Both the position numbers and the translations under genes were made by a program. A stretch of DNA of 64,000 nt from an uncultured Nitrososphaeraceae archaeon (lineage in GTDB: Archaea > Thermoproteota > Nitrososphaeria > Nitrososphaerales > Nitrososphaeraceae), in the NCBI GenBank assembly GCA_963729045.1, contig CAVSMN010000007.1:32001-96000 (forward strand). Reading direction: 5' to 3'. Below are positions 9,134-19,888 of this stretch, in pieces (position 1 is the stretch's first letter; each line of letters opens with the position of its first letter). The notes beneath the pieces were generated by a model. That model was given only the letters and a program-made list of their open reading frames with translations, was not told where the DNA came from and did no database searches.

Positions 9134-10852
9134 CTAAAGTCCATTACTCACGAGTTTAATCATTTTTTTTCTTAAATATCTGTTATATGTTAGGCCAAAT
9201 CTATGTGATTCGTCTCTTATATGTTGTAAAATCCTTAATGATTTCTTGTTTCTTGGGATTAGGATTGGTGCGGTAGATGACGGTGTATACACCTCTTCGT
9301 TCTCTTTAGCTAAGGAAACGCAGTCGATCTCTTCTATTCCTATCTTTTTCAATGTTGCGATTGCCGTGTTTAAATGACCTTTCCCACCATCAATTACAAT
9401 CAAATCAGGGAATCTATCAGTTCGTTTGTCTTCTGAAACAGTCTCGCCGAAATTATCAGGCGAATATCTTCTTCTTATAATCTCTTCCATCATCAAAAAG
9501 TCATTTTGGTATGATACCTTTTTTATCTTGAATTTCCTATACCCTTTCTTTTCTGGGATACCGTTCATGAATCGGGTACAAGCTCCTACAGCAAAATCAT
9601 TTCCAAAATTTGAAATATCAAAACAATCTATAATGTATGGCAATTTTTTCAATCTTAGTAATACCTGTAGTTCATCAAGAGCAGGTTCATGATTCTTTTC
9701 AATATATGTCTTTAGATTGTTCAGTATCAATTGCATAATATTATACTTGTTCATTTCATTGGACTCATATTGATGTTTCTTTAAAAAAGAATCGGAATCC
9801 ATAGGAATTATTTTAACTTCCATCCCGGTCATCTTGTATAGGACTTTTTGTAAATTTGTTTCTTCTCCAATGCTTTTGTTCAGATAAATGACATTTGGTA
9901 CTTTTGCACTAGAATGATAGTATTGGCAAATGAAATTGTCAATGGAATTATCCCCTAACAATTCAAACTGGTATTTTTTCATATCATTGATAACCCCGTT
10001 CTTGCTCATTAGTGTCATTACATGCATATTTTTTTGATTCTCATCATTCAGAAATCCAATGTATTCCTCAGATTTGTAACCATCTATAGAATTATTTTCC
10101 ATTTTTTGATGGTGTAATAAATTTTGAAGTCTGGTTAGAGTATCTCTGATGAAAATAGCTCTTTCATAATCTCGGTTATCAGAAGCAATCTTCATTTCTG
10201 CCTCAAGTTTTTCATAAAAATACCCTAGGGTTTCATTGTCATCTAATATTTTTTTTAACGATACTATATTTTCTTTGTATTGCTCTTCGTTAATCTTATT
10301 AATACATGGCGCATCACAGTTTCCGATATGATATTCTAAACATTCTTTTTTAGGAAGTTTGGTACAGATTCTGATCTTAAACATCTTTCTTAATAGACCG
10401 ACAGACAAGTATCTTGAACTGCCTTTCACAAATGGACCTACTACCTCTCCTTTTGTACCCGTAAATTGTCCGTTTCGGTTTCTCCTTGTTACTAGTAACC
10501 TTGGATATGTTTCATCTGTAATTTTTAGATATGTGTATCTTTGCTGATCTTTAAGTTCAATATTAAAAATTGGTCTGTGTTTTTTGATTAAATTTGATTC
10601 TAGGAGGTAGGCTTCAATTTCGTTGTCTGTGATAATGTAATCTATGCTTTTGATTTTGGTTACAAGGACTCTTGTTTTCCAATTACCATCCTGCATATTC
10701 TGAATGTTTTTGGAAAAATAACTTTTGATTCTTTTGTCGAGATCCTTTGCTTTTCCAATATAAATAATGTTTTCCTTATCATCCTTCATGATGTATACGC
10801 CGGGATTATGCGGGTAAGGATATTTGATATAGTTGATCTCTTTTGTTTTCAA
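9134..10852 (-). CDS. uvrC: excinuclease ABC subunit C (no C-terminal HhH)
   Basis: GIY-YIG domain (PGVY..IIYIGKAK), Cys cluster, DISN, PDLIVIDGGKGHL, IRDESHRF. Confidence 0.94.
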   Translation of the reverse strand: MKTKEINYIKYPYPHNPGVYIMKDDKENIIYIGKAKDLDKRIKSYFSKNIQNMQDGNWKTRVLVTKIKSIDYIITDNEIEAYLLESNLIKKHRPIFNIELKDQQRYTYLKITDETYPRLLVTRRNRNGQFTGTKGEVVGPFVKGSSRYLSVGLLRKMFKIRICTKLPKKECLEYHIGNCDAPCINKINEEQYKENIVSLKKILDDNETLGYFYEKLEAEMKIASDNRDYERAIFIRDTLTRLQNLLHHQKMENNSIDGYKSEEYIGFLNDENQKNMHVMTLMSKNGVINDMKKYQFELLGDNSIDNFICQYYHSSAKVPNVIYLNKSIGEETNLQKVLYKMTGMEVKIIPMDSDSFLKKHQYESNEMNKYNIMQLILNNLKTYIEKNHEPALDELQVLLRLKKLPYIIDCFDISNFGNDFAVGACTRFMNGIPEKKGYRKFKIKKVSYQNDFLMMEEIIRRRYSPDNFGETVSEDKRTDRFPDLIVIDGGKGHLNTAIATLKKIGIEEIDCVSLAKENEEVYTPSSTAPILIPRNKKSLRILQHIRDESHRFGLTYNRYLRKKMIKLVSNGL

Positions 10853-10934
10853 TTTAATTCTTTTTACCTTTGAAAAATAACCATCATTTATTTAAAGGGA
10901 ATGATGATTCTTTCCTCCCAAACCACATATCCAT

Positions 10935-13826
10935 TTACCTGTTTTTCTTTACGACCAATTCTTTCTCTTTTAATGTTCTTATTTTTTTCTTTAGATACTG
11001 TCCGGTGAAACTTGAATTGTTCTCTGATATCTCTTCTGGAGTCCCAGTGGCTACGATTTGTCCTCCTTTATTTCCACCCTCAGGACCTAAATCAATAATC
11101 CAGTCGGCAGAGGCGATGATATCAAGGTTATGCTCAATTACAATGATTGTATTTCCTAGTTCTCTTAATCTAAATAATATTTTTAATAATTTCTTTACAT
11201 CTGCAAAATGCAGTCCTGTTGTTGGCTCATCTAAAATGTACATCGTATTACCTGAATCCCTTTTTGATAGTTCGGTTGCTAATTTTATCCTTTGTGCCTC
11301 CCCTCCTGATAGTGTGGTAGCAGGTTGACCTAGATGTAAATACCCAAGACCTACTTCATCTAACAACTTTAGCTTGTTTCGAATTGGGGTATTGTTTTTA
11401 AAGAACTCTAGTGCTTCCTCCACAGTCATATTTAGAACATCCGAAATACTTTTTCCTTTATATTTGACTGTCAGAGTTTCGCTATTATATCGGGATCCTT
11501 TACATTGGTCACAGGTAATATATACATCAGGCAAGAATTGCATTTCTATTTTTCTGACACCGGCACCGTCACACATATCGCATCTGCCGCCAGGCACATT
11601 AAATGAAAATCTTCCCATCTTATAGCCTCGTTCCTTTGATAATTGTGTCTTTGAAAATAAATCTCTAATGAAGGTAAAGGCATTTACGTAGGTAACAGCA
11701 TTAGATCGTGGCGTTCGTCCAATTGGAGATTGATCTATCCCTATAACTTTGTCAATGTTCTCTATCCCGACAATCTTATGATGTTTTCCGACCCTTTCTT
11801 TAGATTTATAAAAATGATTAGTCAAATGGTTAAATAATATATCGTTTACGAGTGTAGATTTTCCAGACCCAGAAACACCTGTGACTACTGTAATTACACC
11901 TAATGGAAAAATGGGATTAATATCTTTAAGGTTGTTCTCATTTGCACCAAAAACTTTGATAAATCTGTCTCCAATATGTTTGCGTTGATGATTTTCGTTT
12001 ACAACGGTTCTTCCAATTAAATAATCTGCAGTCAGGGAATCCTTATTTTCCAATATATCGTGTAGTTCTCCTTGTGCAACTATTTGCCCTCCGTGTATTC
12101 CCGCTTTTGGGCCAATATCTATAATCCAGTCAGCACTTTTAATTACTTCCTCGTCATGTTCTACAACAATAACGGTATTTCCGATCTCTCTCAATTTGAA
12201 GAGAGTGTTTATCAGTAGGTTATTGTCTCTCTGATGTAGTCCAATAGTTGGTTCATCCAAAACATATAGGACACCGGTAAGATTAGTTCCAATCTGGGTA
12301 GCTAATCTGATTCTTTGCGATTCTCCACCTGAAAGAGTACCTGCATTCCTATTCAGGTTCAAATAATTCAAACCCACATTTGATAGAAACTTTAGTCTGC
12401 TATTAATCTCTTTTAATATTTGTTTTGAGATTATTAGATCACTACTATTGAGAGTAATGTTACTAAAGAAATCTATAGTCTTTTCTACAGGAAGGTTACA
12501 AATGTCCATTATGGATTTTCCATCTATCCTTACAGAGAGTACCTCTTTTCTTAATCTTTGACCGCTACATTGTTCACATGGTTTTTCAATCATAAATTTT
12601 CTAATTTCTTCGCGCTTTGATTCTGAATCAGTCTCATTGAATATTCTTTGTAGATTGGAAACTACGCCCTCGAACTTACCTGAGTATTCCCATGAACTAT
12701 CACTCGATCTTGAGGTATAATTATATTTTATCTTTGAATTTGTTCCATTTAGTATGACGTTAATCTGCTCTCCGCTCATTCTATCGATTGGGGTGTTTAG
12801 ATTAAAGCCAAATCTTTTACCCACATCCTTTAACATAGATGTTCTAAAACTTGCAAAATGACCTGCTGACCATGGCTTAATCGCACCATCTAAAATAGTT
12901 TTGGTCTTGTCAGGTATTATCAAGTCAACATCAAACTCTGTTTCGACGCCTAATCCGTGGCAACTTGGGCATGCTCCAAATGGGGAATTGAAAGAGAAAA
13001 ATCTAGGTTCCATTTCCCCAATACTTATGTTACAGATAGGGCATGAATTTTTTTGGGAAAATAAATATTCCTTGCCCTCAATTAAAACCATGACGATGCC
13101 ACCGCCTTTATCAATTGCATTTTGTACTGCCTCAAAAACTCTGTCTTTTTCTTCCAATATTTTGTTATTTGATATTCTGTCGATAACAATCTCAATTGAA
13201 TGTCTTAAATGTTTCTCCTTTGCTGAAATGATATCAAGTCGTTTACTATCTGAAATATCTATTATTTCCTTATCAACTCTGATCCGAGAATAACCTTGTT
13301 CCTTTAGAGATTCCATGATCTTCTCATATGTCCCTTTTTTTTCTCTAATAACAGGAGCTAAAATTAATAACATTCCTTCGTCTATTTTACTTTTACTTAG
13401 ATCAAGAATTGACCTAACTATTGACTCTAAGGATTGGTAGGATATTTCTGTTCCGCATTTAGGACAATATGGAATACCAATTTTTGAAAACAACAATCTA
13501 AGGTAATCATAGATTTCAGTAATTGTTCCTACAGTCGAGCGAGGATTCTTGTTGGTCGTTTTCTGTTGGATGGCTATTGCTGGTGAAAGCCCATCTATTA
13601 CATCTACATCAGGTTTATCCATGATTTGCAAGAACTGTCTTGCATATGCCGAAAGCGATTCTACATATCTCCTCTGTCCCTCAGCAAAAATGGTATCAAA
13701 TGCTAGAGTGGATTTCCCAGAACCGGATAAACCTGTAATTACAACTAATTTATTCTTTGGAATTTCTAAGTTGAGATTTTTTAGATTGTGTTGTTTTGCT
13801 CCTTTAATTATTATTTTATTTTCCAT
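10935..13826 (-). CDS. uvrA: excinuclease ABC subunit A
   Basis: Two ABC ATPase modules (GLSGSGKS, LSGGESQR, GVSGSGKS, LSGGEAQR) and Zn fingers. Confidence 0.97.
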   Translation of the reverse strand: MENKIIIKGAKQHNLKNLNLEIPKNKLVVITGLSGSGKSTLAFDTIFAEGQRRYVESLSAYARQFLQIMDKPDVDVIDGLSPAIAIQQKTTNKNPRSTVGTITEIYDYLRLLFSKIGIPYCPKCGTEISYQSLESIVRSILDLSKSKIDEGMLLILAPVIREKKGTYEKIMESLKEQGYSRIRVDKEIIDISDSKRLDIISAKEKHLRHSIEIVIDRISNNKILEEKDRVFEAVQNAIDKGGGIVMVLIEGKEYLFSQKNSCPICNISIGEMEPRFFSFNSPFGACPSCHGLGVETEFDVDLIIPDKTKTILDGAIKPWSAGHFASFRTSMLKDVGKRFGFNLNTPIDRMSGEQINVILNGTNSKIKYNYTSRSSDSSWEYSGKFEGVVSNLQRIFNETDSESKREEIRKFMIEKPCEQCSGQRLRKEVLSVRIDGKSIMDICNLPVEKTIDFFSNITLNSSDLIISKQILKEINSRLKFLSNVGLNYLNLNRNAGTLSGGESQRIRLATQIGTNLTGVLYVLDEPTIGLHQRDNNLLINTLFKLREIGNTVIVVEHDEEVIKSADWIIDIGPKAGIHGGQIVAQGELHDILENKDSLTADYLIGRTVVNENHQRKHIGDRFIKVFGANENNLKDINPIFPLGVITVVTGVSGSGKSTLVNDILFNHLTNHFYKSKERVGKHHKIVGIENIDKVIGIDQSPIGRTPRSNAVTYVNAFTFIRDLFSKTQLSKERGYKMGRFSFNVPGGRCDMCDGAGVRKIEMQFLPDVYITCDQCKGSRYNSETLTVKYKGKSISDVLNMTVEEALEFFKNNTPIRNKLKLLDEVGLGYLHLGQPATTLSGGEAQRIKLATELSKRDSGNTMYILDEPTTGLHFADVKKLLKILFRLRELGNTIIVIEHNLDIIASADWIIDLGPEGGNKGGQIVATGTPEEISENNSSFTGQYLKKKIRTLKEKELVVKKNR

Positions 13827-13832
13827 TTTACA

Positions 13833-15791
13833 TTAACTAGATGTCAGTTTTAGCAGAATTTCATTTACCTTTTTGAGATTTTGTCTGTGTTCAATTGCTT
13901 TTTCAAACTCCAATTCCTCTGCAAATTTGTTCATCTGAGTCTCTATTTTGGTTGATAACTCTATTAAATCATTTCTCGTCATTGTTTTCAAATTAACTTC
14001 CAAGTTTGAGATATTTGAATTCTTTTGAGGTATCGGTTTTAAGATACTTTTAGGTTCGATCTTATTTTCTAAGTTAAATTCGATTTGCTTTTTTCGCCTT
14101 CTATTAGTTTCTATTACTGCTTCCCTTATGGATTTGGTCACCGAACCTGAATACAAAATTACCTTGCCATCAATATTCCTAGCAGCCCTTCCGAATGTTT
14201 GAATAAGACTAGTATAATTTCTTAAGAACCCTTCCTTGTCAGCGTCCAAAATAGCCACAAGCGAAACTTCAGGCAAGTCTAACCCTTCCCTCAATAGATT
14301 TATACCAACCAATACATCAAACTCTCCTATCCTAAGCTGCCTCAGTAATTCAGTTCGTTCCAGCCCATTAATTTCTGAATGGATATATCTTACCTTTATC
14401 CCGTTTCTAGACAGATAGTCTGCCATGTCTTCGGCCATCTTCTTTGTCAATGTCGTTACTAATGTTCTCTGCTTCTTAGAAACTCTTTCTCGAATCTGGT
14501 GGATTAGATCTGGAATCTGACCTTCGGTCTTTTTTATTTCTATTTGTGGATCGACTAGTCCTGTGGGTCTTACTAATTGCTCAATAAGATTATCATGGTT
14601 ATTAATTTCATACTTTCCGGGTGTTGCGGATACAAATATTACATTGTTGAGATATTTTTCAAACTCTTCAAACTTTAGAGGTCGGTTATCAAATGCACTG
14701 GGTAATCGGAATCCATAATCTATCAATGTTTTTTTCCTTGAATAATCTCCTTTGTACATTCCCATAATCTGGGGTAAAGTTACGTGCGATTCATCTATGA
14801 CTAACAGAAAATCTTTATCAAAAAAATCTAAAAGACAATAAGCCGGTTGACCTCTCTTTCTGCCATCAAAATGTCTCGAATAATTCTCTATTCCGCTGCA
14901 ATATCCTAATTCCGATAGCATTTCGAGATCATAATTTGTCCTAGACAGTAATCTTTGCCTTTCAAGTTCGGTGGGCAAATTGGGGTACCATTCTTCTAAT
15001 TCTTTCTTTATTGATACCAGCGCCCTTTTCTGACTATTTTCGTCCACGATGTAGTGTTTGGCCGGAAAAATGATTATCGAATCTAGTTCTTTTTTTATCT
15101 CTCTAGTTATTTTATCAATCACCGTAATTTTTTCAATATTTTGTCCGAAAAGATTAATCCTTATTATATCCTCAGAATATCCTGGAATTATATCTATGAT
15201 ATCTCCTCTGGTACTGAAGGACCCGCTTGTCAAATCTAAGTCATTTCTTTCATATCTTATTTTTATTAGATTCCGAATGATGCTTCTTCTATCCATCTCC
15301 ATTTCCTTCTTAAGCATGAGAGATTGCTCTTTCCATTCATGGGGTGAACCTAATGAATAGATACATGAAACAGTGGCAATGATGATTGTTGGTTCGCCCG
15401 ATAATAACATCGATGTTGATTCAAGACGCATTTGTTCGATTTTTTCATTTATTTCGGTATCCTTTTCTATGTAGGTATCAGTTTGAGGCAAATAACTTTC
15501 TGGTTGGTAATAATCATAAAAGCTCACAAAATAGCCAACATTATTATTTGGAAAAAATTCTTTAAACTCAGCATACAGTTGGGCCGACAATGTTTTGTTG
15601 TGTGATATAACTAAAGTATTTTTATTGTATTTAGCTATTACATTGGCAACTGTATACGTTTTACCACTGCCAGTAACTCCAAGGAGTATCTGTCTTTTTT
15701 TATTTTTTTCTATTCCATCTATTAATCCTTTAATTGCGGTTGGCTGATCTCCACTGGGAACTAGATTGTTTGATAATTGAAAATTGCCCAA
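13833..15791 (-). CDS. uvrB: excinuclease ABC subunit B
   Basis: GVTGSGKT, FYDYYQPESY beta-hairpin, DESH, GINLLREGLDLPEV, C-terminal UVR coil. Confidence 0.97.
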   Translation of the reverse strand: MGNFQLSNNLVPSGDQPTAIKGLIDGIEKNKKRQILLGVTGSGKTYTVANVIAKYNKNTLVISHNKTLSAQLYAEFKEFFPNNNVGYFVSFYDYYQPESYLPQTDTYIEKDTEINEKIEQMRLESTSMLLSGEPTIIIATVSCIYSLGSPHEWKEQSLMLKKEMEMDRRSIIRNLIKIRYERNDLDLTSGSFSTRGDIIDIIPGYSEDIIRINLFGQNIEKITVIDKITREIKKELDSIIIFPAKHYIVDENSQKRALVSIKKELEEWYPNLPTELERQRLLSRTNYDLEMLSELGYCSGIENYSRHFDGRKRGQPAYCLLDFFDKDFLLVIDESHVTLPQIMGMYKGDYSRKKTLIDYGFRLPSAFDNRPLKFEEFEKYLNNVIFVSATPGKYEINNHDNLIEQLVRPTGLVDPQIEIKKTEGQIPDLIHQIRERVSKKQRTLVTTLTKKMAEDMADYLSRNGIKVRYIHSEINGLERTELLRQLRIGEFDVLVGINLLREGLDLPEVSLVAILDADKEGFLRNYTSLIQTFGRAARNIDGKVILYSGSVTKSIREAVIETNRRRKKQIEFNLENKIEPKSILKPIPQKNSNISNLEVNLKTMTRNDLIELSTKIETQMNKFAEELEFEKAIEHRQNLKKVNEILLKLTSS

Positions 15792-15908
15792 GACTGACTA
15801 CCTCATATATAACTGATAGACCATGTCACTTTCCAAAAGGAATCTCTTCAACAAGTTTATCTAAATCTATATGTTCTAACGGCTAGATAATATTTTGCAT
15901 TATTTATC

Positions 15909-17236
15909 TTAAGAATATTTTGACAACGCATGAACTGGAGAAATTTTAGATCCCTTGTAGGCCGGATACAGACCAGAAAAAATACTCAAAACAATAACGA
16001 TAATGCCAATTTTCGATATTTCTATGATATTAAATACGGGATAAATATTTAGAGGTAGATTAAGAAAATAAAGGAAGCCACTTAGAAGGACGTGTGAACC
16101 TAAAAACCCAAATACAATTCCTACTATTGCTCCAATGATCCCCAAAAATACAGATTCCGTTAAAAACATTCCAAGTATGACTCGATTTGTTCCACCTAAT
16201 GCCTTGATTATCCCGATTTCCCTGGTTCTTTCCACTACTGAGGTATAAATAGTGATAATTATCCCGATGGACCCTACTATCAGAGAAAATATGGCAATAC
16301 TTGAAATAAATGTGCTAATTCCAATGATGAATTTAGTCAAACTTTTGATAATTTCAAGTGAATTAAGTATAGTTACCTGATTATTAAAGTACTTTTGAAC
16401 ATCTTTTACAATGTTGTCTACTTTGTCAATATTGTCATATGTTAAAAATAACAAATCGTAATCGTCTGATTTTTCCAGAATTTCTTTTCCTTTGTGTACG
16501 TCAATGAAGATAGAGTTGTCTATGATCGGATTTCCAGTGGAATTTATGATTCCTAGGACTGCAAAAGTATGATTGATAGATCCAGATTTGATTTGCCGCT
16601 AGTAAGTTCCTTTAAGTTATTTATTGTTACCTTATTATTATCTATAAATTGGTCTCTGTCTTTGTTTTCTACAGCGTTGTTGATGATTAGACCTGAAGAA
16701 TTCAGGAAAATTTTCTCGCTTATTTTCTGAGGGATGATGACATGATTTTGAGATGTTAAATTTAGACCATCAAATCCTTTGTCTAAATCAGGGATTATGT
16801 TAGTCAAGTTATTAAAGTCTACAGCCAATACATTCGTTACTTGGGAATAATTTTGATAATTTAACATTACTACACCCTGAAAAGCTGGATTTATCAGTTG
16901 AACACCGGGTATGTTCTTCAAGTATTGCATGGCATTATTATCAAAGGGAATATTTTTTCCAACTAAGGTCATATTTTGGTCGAAAAGCACTTGTAGTTTG
17001 TTCCGTATCCCATCTATGCTAGATCCTTGTATTTTATCTGTATTCGATATAACTATTTGGTTAGGAAGAATTTTCTTAAAATTTTGTTCTACAAAGTATA
17101 TTAAACCTTGAGATAGGCTATTAAGAGAAACTAATAATCCACAACCCATTATGATCATTAGGATTGTTAGAGCATTCCTTGTTTTTCTCTCCTTAATGGA
17201 GCTGTACGTTAAGAAAAGAATCTCTTTAAAATCCAT
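15909..17236 (-). CDS. MacB/FtsX-family ABC transporter permease (frameshift ~16570)
   Basis: N-terminal ERKTRNALT TM and extracytoplasmic domain, C-terminal SVVERTREIGIIKALG...SGLYPAYKGSKISPV. The frame of the 15909-16454 ORF stays open upstream to the break. Confidence 0.85.
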
Positions 17237-17310
17237 GTCGTCTAGTCATGAGGAGTTGAACTCTTGGTTATATAATGTTTTTAAATATGTATTGAATACC
17301 ATCTGTTAAT

Positions 17311-18009
17311 TTGGGTCATACTAACCAAATTCTTTGTATAAAGAATATTTCGATTGAGACCTTGGGCAACATGAAAAGTTATTTGCTATCAGACGGATTC
17401 AAGGTCAAAGAAATCCTTGCCACTACAAAGACAATAAAGTCCCAAAACTTACCAGACTACGACGCAGTTTTTATTCTTGGCGGACCAATGTCTGTTAATG
17501 ATAACCTTGATTATCTCCTTGAAGAAAAAAAATTAATCCATTCTTCTTTCAATCTTGGGATCCCGATTTTTGGAATTTGCCTCGGCTCACAACTGATTGC
17601 TTCAAGCTGCGGAGGGAAAGTCTACAGAGGACCAAAAAAAGAGATCGGGTGGGGCGAAGTACGAATAACAAGTAAAGGCCAATCGAGTATATTTGATAAA
17701 ATACTAGGGAGTAAAATCCGGGTGTTTCACTGGCATGGTGATACGTTTACCTTGCCTAGTGAAGCCGAAATTTTGTCCGAATCGGACTTATATATCCAAG
17801 CATTTAGATTCAGAAATGCTATTGGAATTCAGTTTCATTTGGAGGTAACAAAAAATATGATTCAAAATTGGATTCGCAAGTATCATAAAGAGTTGAAAAA
17901 TGAAAATTTAAGTAGAGATGGATTGGTTAATGATATCGATAGGAACGTGTCAGAGTTAGAAAGTATCTCAAAGATAGTATATAAAAATTTTAAGTCTATG
18001 ATTGAATAA
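17311..18009 (+). CDS. class I glutamine amidotransferase-like protein
   Basis: LGGPMSV, GICLGSQL, HWHGDTF, QFHLE triad. Confidence 0.9.
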   Translation: MGHTNQILCIKNISIETLGNMKSYLLSDGFKVKEILATTKTIKSQNLPDYDAVFILGGPMSVNDNLDYLLEEKKLIHSSFNLGIPIFGICLGSQLIASSCGGKVYRGPKKEIGWGEVRITSKGQSSIFDKILGSKIRVFHWHGDTFTLPSEAEILSESDLYIQAFRFRNAIGIQFHLEVTKNMIQNWIRKYHKELKNENLSRDGLVNDIDRNVSELESISKIVYKNFKSMIE

Positions 18010-18178
18010 TTGCACTTCCAAAGTGTTGTTAGCCCGTGTAGGATTCACTGGAATTTTGTGCATATATAACGTTATATTGATTTTTCTGTCGAATAGACAA
18101 TCTTTTTCCAATAAGCTAGAAATATTGAGTGAATATAAACAATCATTGAATCAAATTCGATATGGTTTGATTCCATAT

Positions 18179-19250
18179 CTATTTTGCTTCATAGATAATA
18201 TTAAACGGTGTCTGAGTAGCACGTCTGAATTTTGTAAATCCTGCCTCGAGAGCCAAATTCCTGATCCTATTCTCACCTGCCTGTGCTCCAAGCGCAATTC
18301 CTTTATCTGCAAGGGAATTGGGGACGCAAATTATAGATGAGGCTGCGTAATATATCCTTCCTACCATGTTCAGGTTATCTTCTATTTTATCATTTGCCAT
18401 GGGTTCTACTATCATACACGATCCGTTCGGTTTTAGAGACTGTTTTGCGAATTTCAATGCTCCTAGGGGGTCTCCCATGTCGTGGAGACAATCAAAAAAA
18501 GTCACCAAGTCGTAGTCGTTACCAATGGATTCGTTAGCAGAAACTTGAGAAAATTTTACATTTTTGTCTACCTTTTCGTTTTTGGCATTCGCAGTTGCAG
18601 CCTCAATAGAGGGTAGGTGGTTGTCAAATCCAAAGAATTGAGAATTGGGATATTCTTGTGCCATAATCGTCGTCGAAATACCATACCCGCAACCTATGTC
18701 TGCAACTTTCCCCCCTTTTTTTAGTATTTGTTCGATTCCTTCAAGAGAAGGGATCCAAGATTGAACTAGGTTGCTCGCATAATTAGGCTTGAAAAATTTT
18801 GCAGTACCCTTCATAAAGGTCGTGATGGTGGTCACCCCATCTCAGTCCTTCTCCAGTTTGAAAAATTTTTACAAATTTATCTTCGTCCTTAAATATGGAT
18901 CTTAAAATTTGGTAACCACCAAGAAGGTATGCTGGACTATTTTCATCTGCCAAGACCATCGCATTCTCTGCTGATAAGCTAAATTTTTTATTTTCAGGAT
19001 CATAGGCTAGATATCCTGCTGCTGCCTGACTTGCAAGCCATTCTCTGATATAACGTTCTGCCGTGTTCGTATTATGGGCTAACTCATCTGACGTCATCGA
19101 TCCAAATTGACTCAGGGCCTTATAAAGGCCAAGTCTGTCTCCTAATATTATCATCATGGACCCTAAACTGCTGCCTAAATCTCCAATTGCCTTAATTACA
19201 AATTCTTCGAGTTTTTTGTTATCAATTGTAGTTGTGCTGTTTGAATTCAT
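18179..19250 (-). CDS. class I SAM-dependent methyltransferase with N-terminal winged helix (frameshift ~18808)
   Basis: ERYIREWL..QAAAGY, VADIGCGYG, FFDCLHDMGDP. One extra G in GAAGGGTAC joins the two ORFs. Confidence 0.88.
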
Positions 19251-19653
19251 ATCTATATTCAGTGACTTTGAGATATTAATTTTTACAGGAAAATAAGAAT
19301 CATTCCCTATTCAGAAATAGCCTTTTTTTACTATGTCCTACTGCAGTTCCTGAAATAGAATTATCGTGATGTTATTATGAATACACATCAAATTGATCCG
19401 GGAAAATTGTGTTGTAGATTCAACAAGTATTATTCCTGTCCTGCAAGTTAGATTATTTTCGAATTGTTTTCAAAATATCCCTTAATTCGATCCTTTCATA
19501 AAAGTCCGCTACCACAATTAAATATGGATAGAGCTGCAGGGATGCCGACTATGATAAAAAAAATTAGTTCATTATTAAGTAGTGGTTGCCTTTGGGGATA
19601 TTACAATCATAAAAATAATATTTTTTTAGCAGAAATTGCAAATAGACTTGAGG

Positions 19654-19758
19654 GGCCTTCGGAGGGATTTGAACCCTCCTCAAGCGGTTTCCGTATTCTT
19701 TAAGAAACTAAGTGAATTCCACAGCCGCCTATACTGACCAGGCTATACTACGAAGGCC
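19654..19758 (-). tRNA. tRNA-His (GTG) with 30-nt intron at 37/38 (19689-19718) and encoded G-1
   Basis: Acceptor GCCTTCG/CGAAGGC, anticodon arm GGCGG-CT-GTG-G|A-CCGCT, T arm GAGGG-TTCAAAT-CCCTC. BHB motif: CTGT/ACGG helix plus ATTC/GAAT. Confidence 0.95.
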
Positions 19759-19854
19759 ACGAATTGAATCAAAATTTTATATTGATTATTAATATATAAT
19801 TGTTTTAACTCTGCATATCTAACAAAAATTTGTTATCTAATCCTGCTGCTGTAC

Positions 19855-19867
19855 AAAACTTATATTT
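19855..19867 (+). promoter_or_regulatory. BRE/TATA-like promoter of taw1
   Basis: AAAAC-TTATATTT with the TATA ~29 nt upstream of ATG 19889. Confidence 0.5.
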
Positions 19868-19888
19868 CTATATTCATCCATTAAAGGG

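Noticed and set aside
10870..15360. Antisense ORFs over uvrA/uvrB, and similar shadows over rpo, acc, egsA and rpa
   Set aside because: They are opposite-strand shadows of well-supported genes with no protein motifs.
15909..19653. Integrated element at the tRNA-His 3' end
   Set aside because: No integrase and no duplicated tRNA 3' end (att site) found in the window.
19464..19703. 79-aa plus-strand ORF
   Set aside because: It overlaps tRNA-His antisense and has no recognisable motifs.
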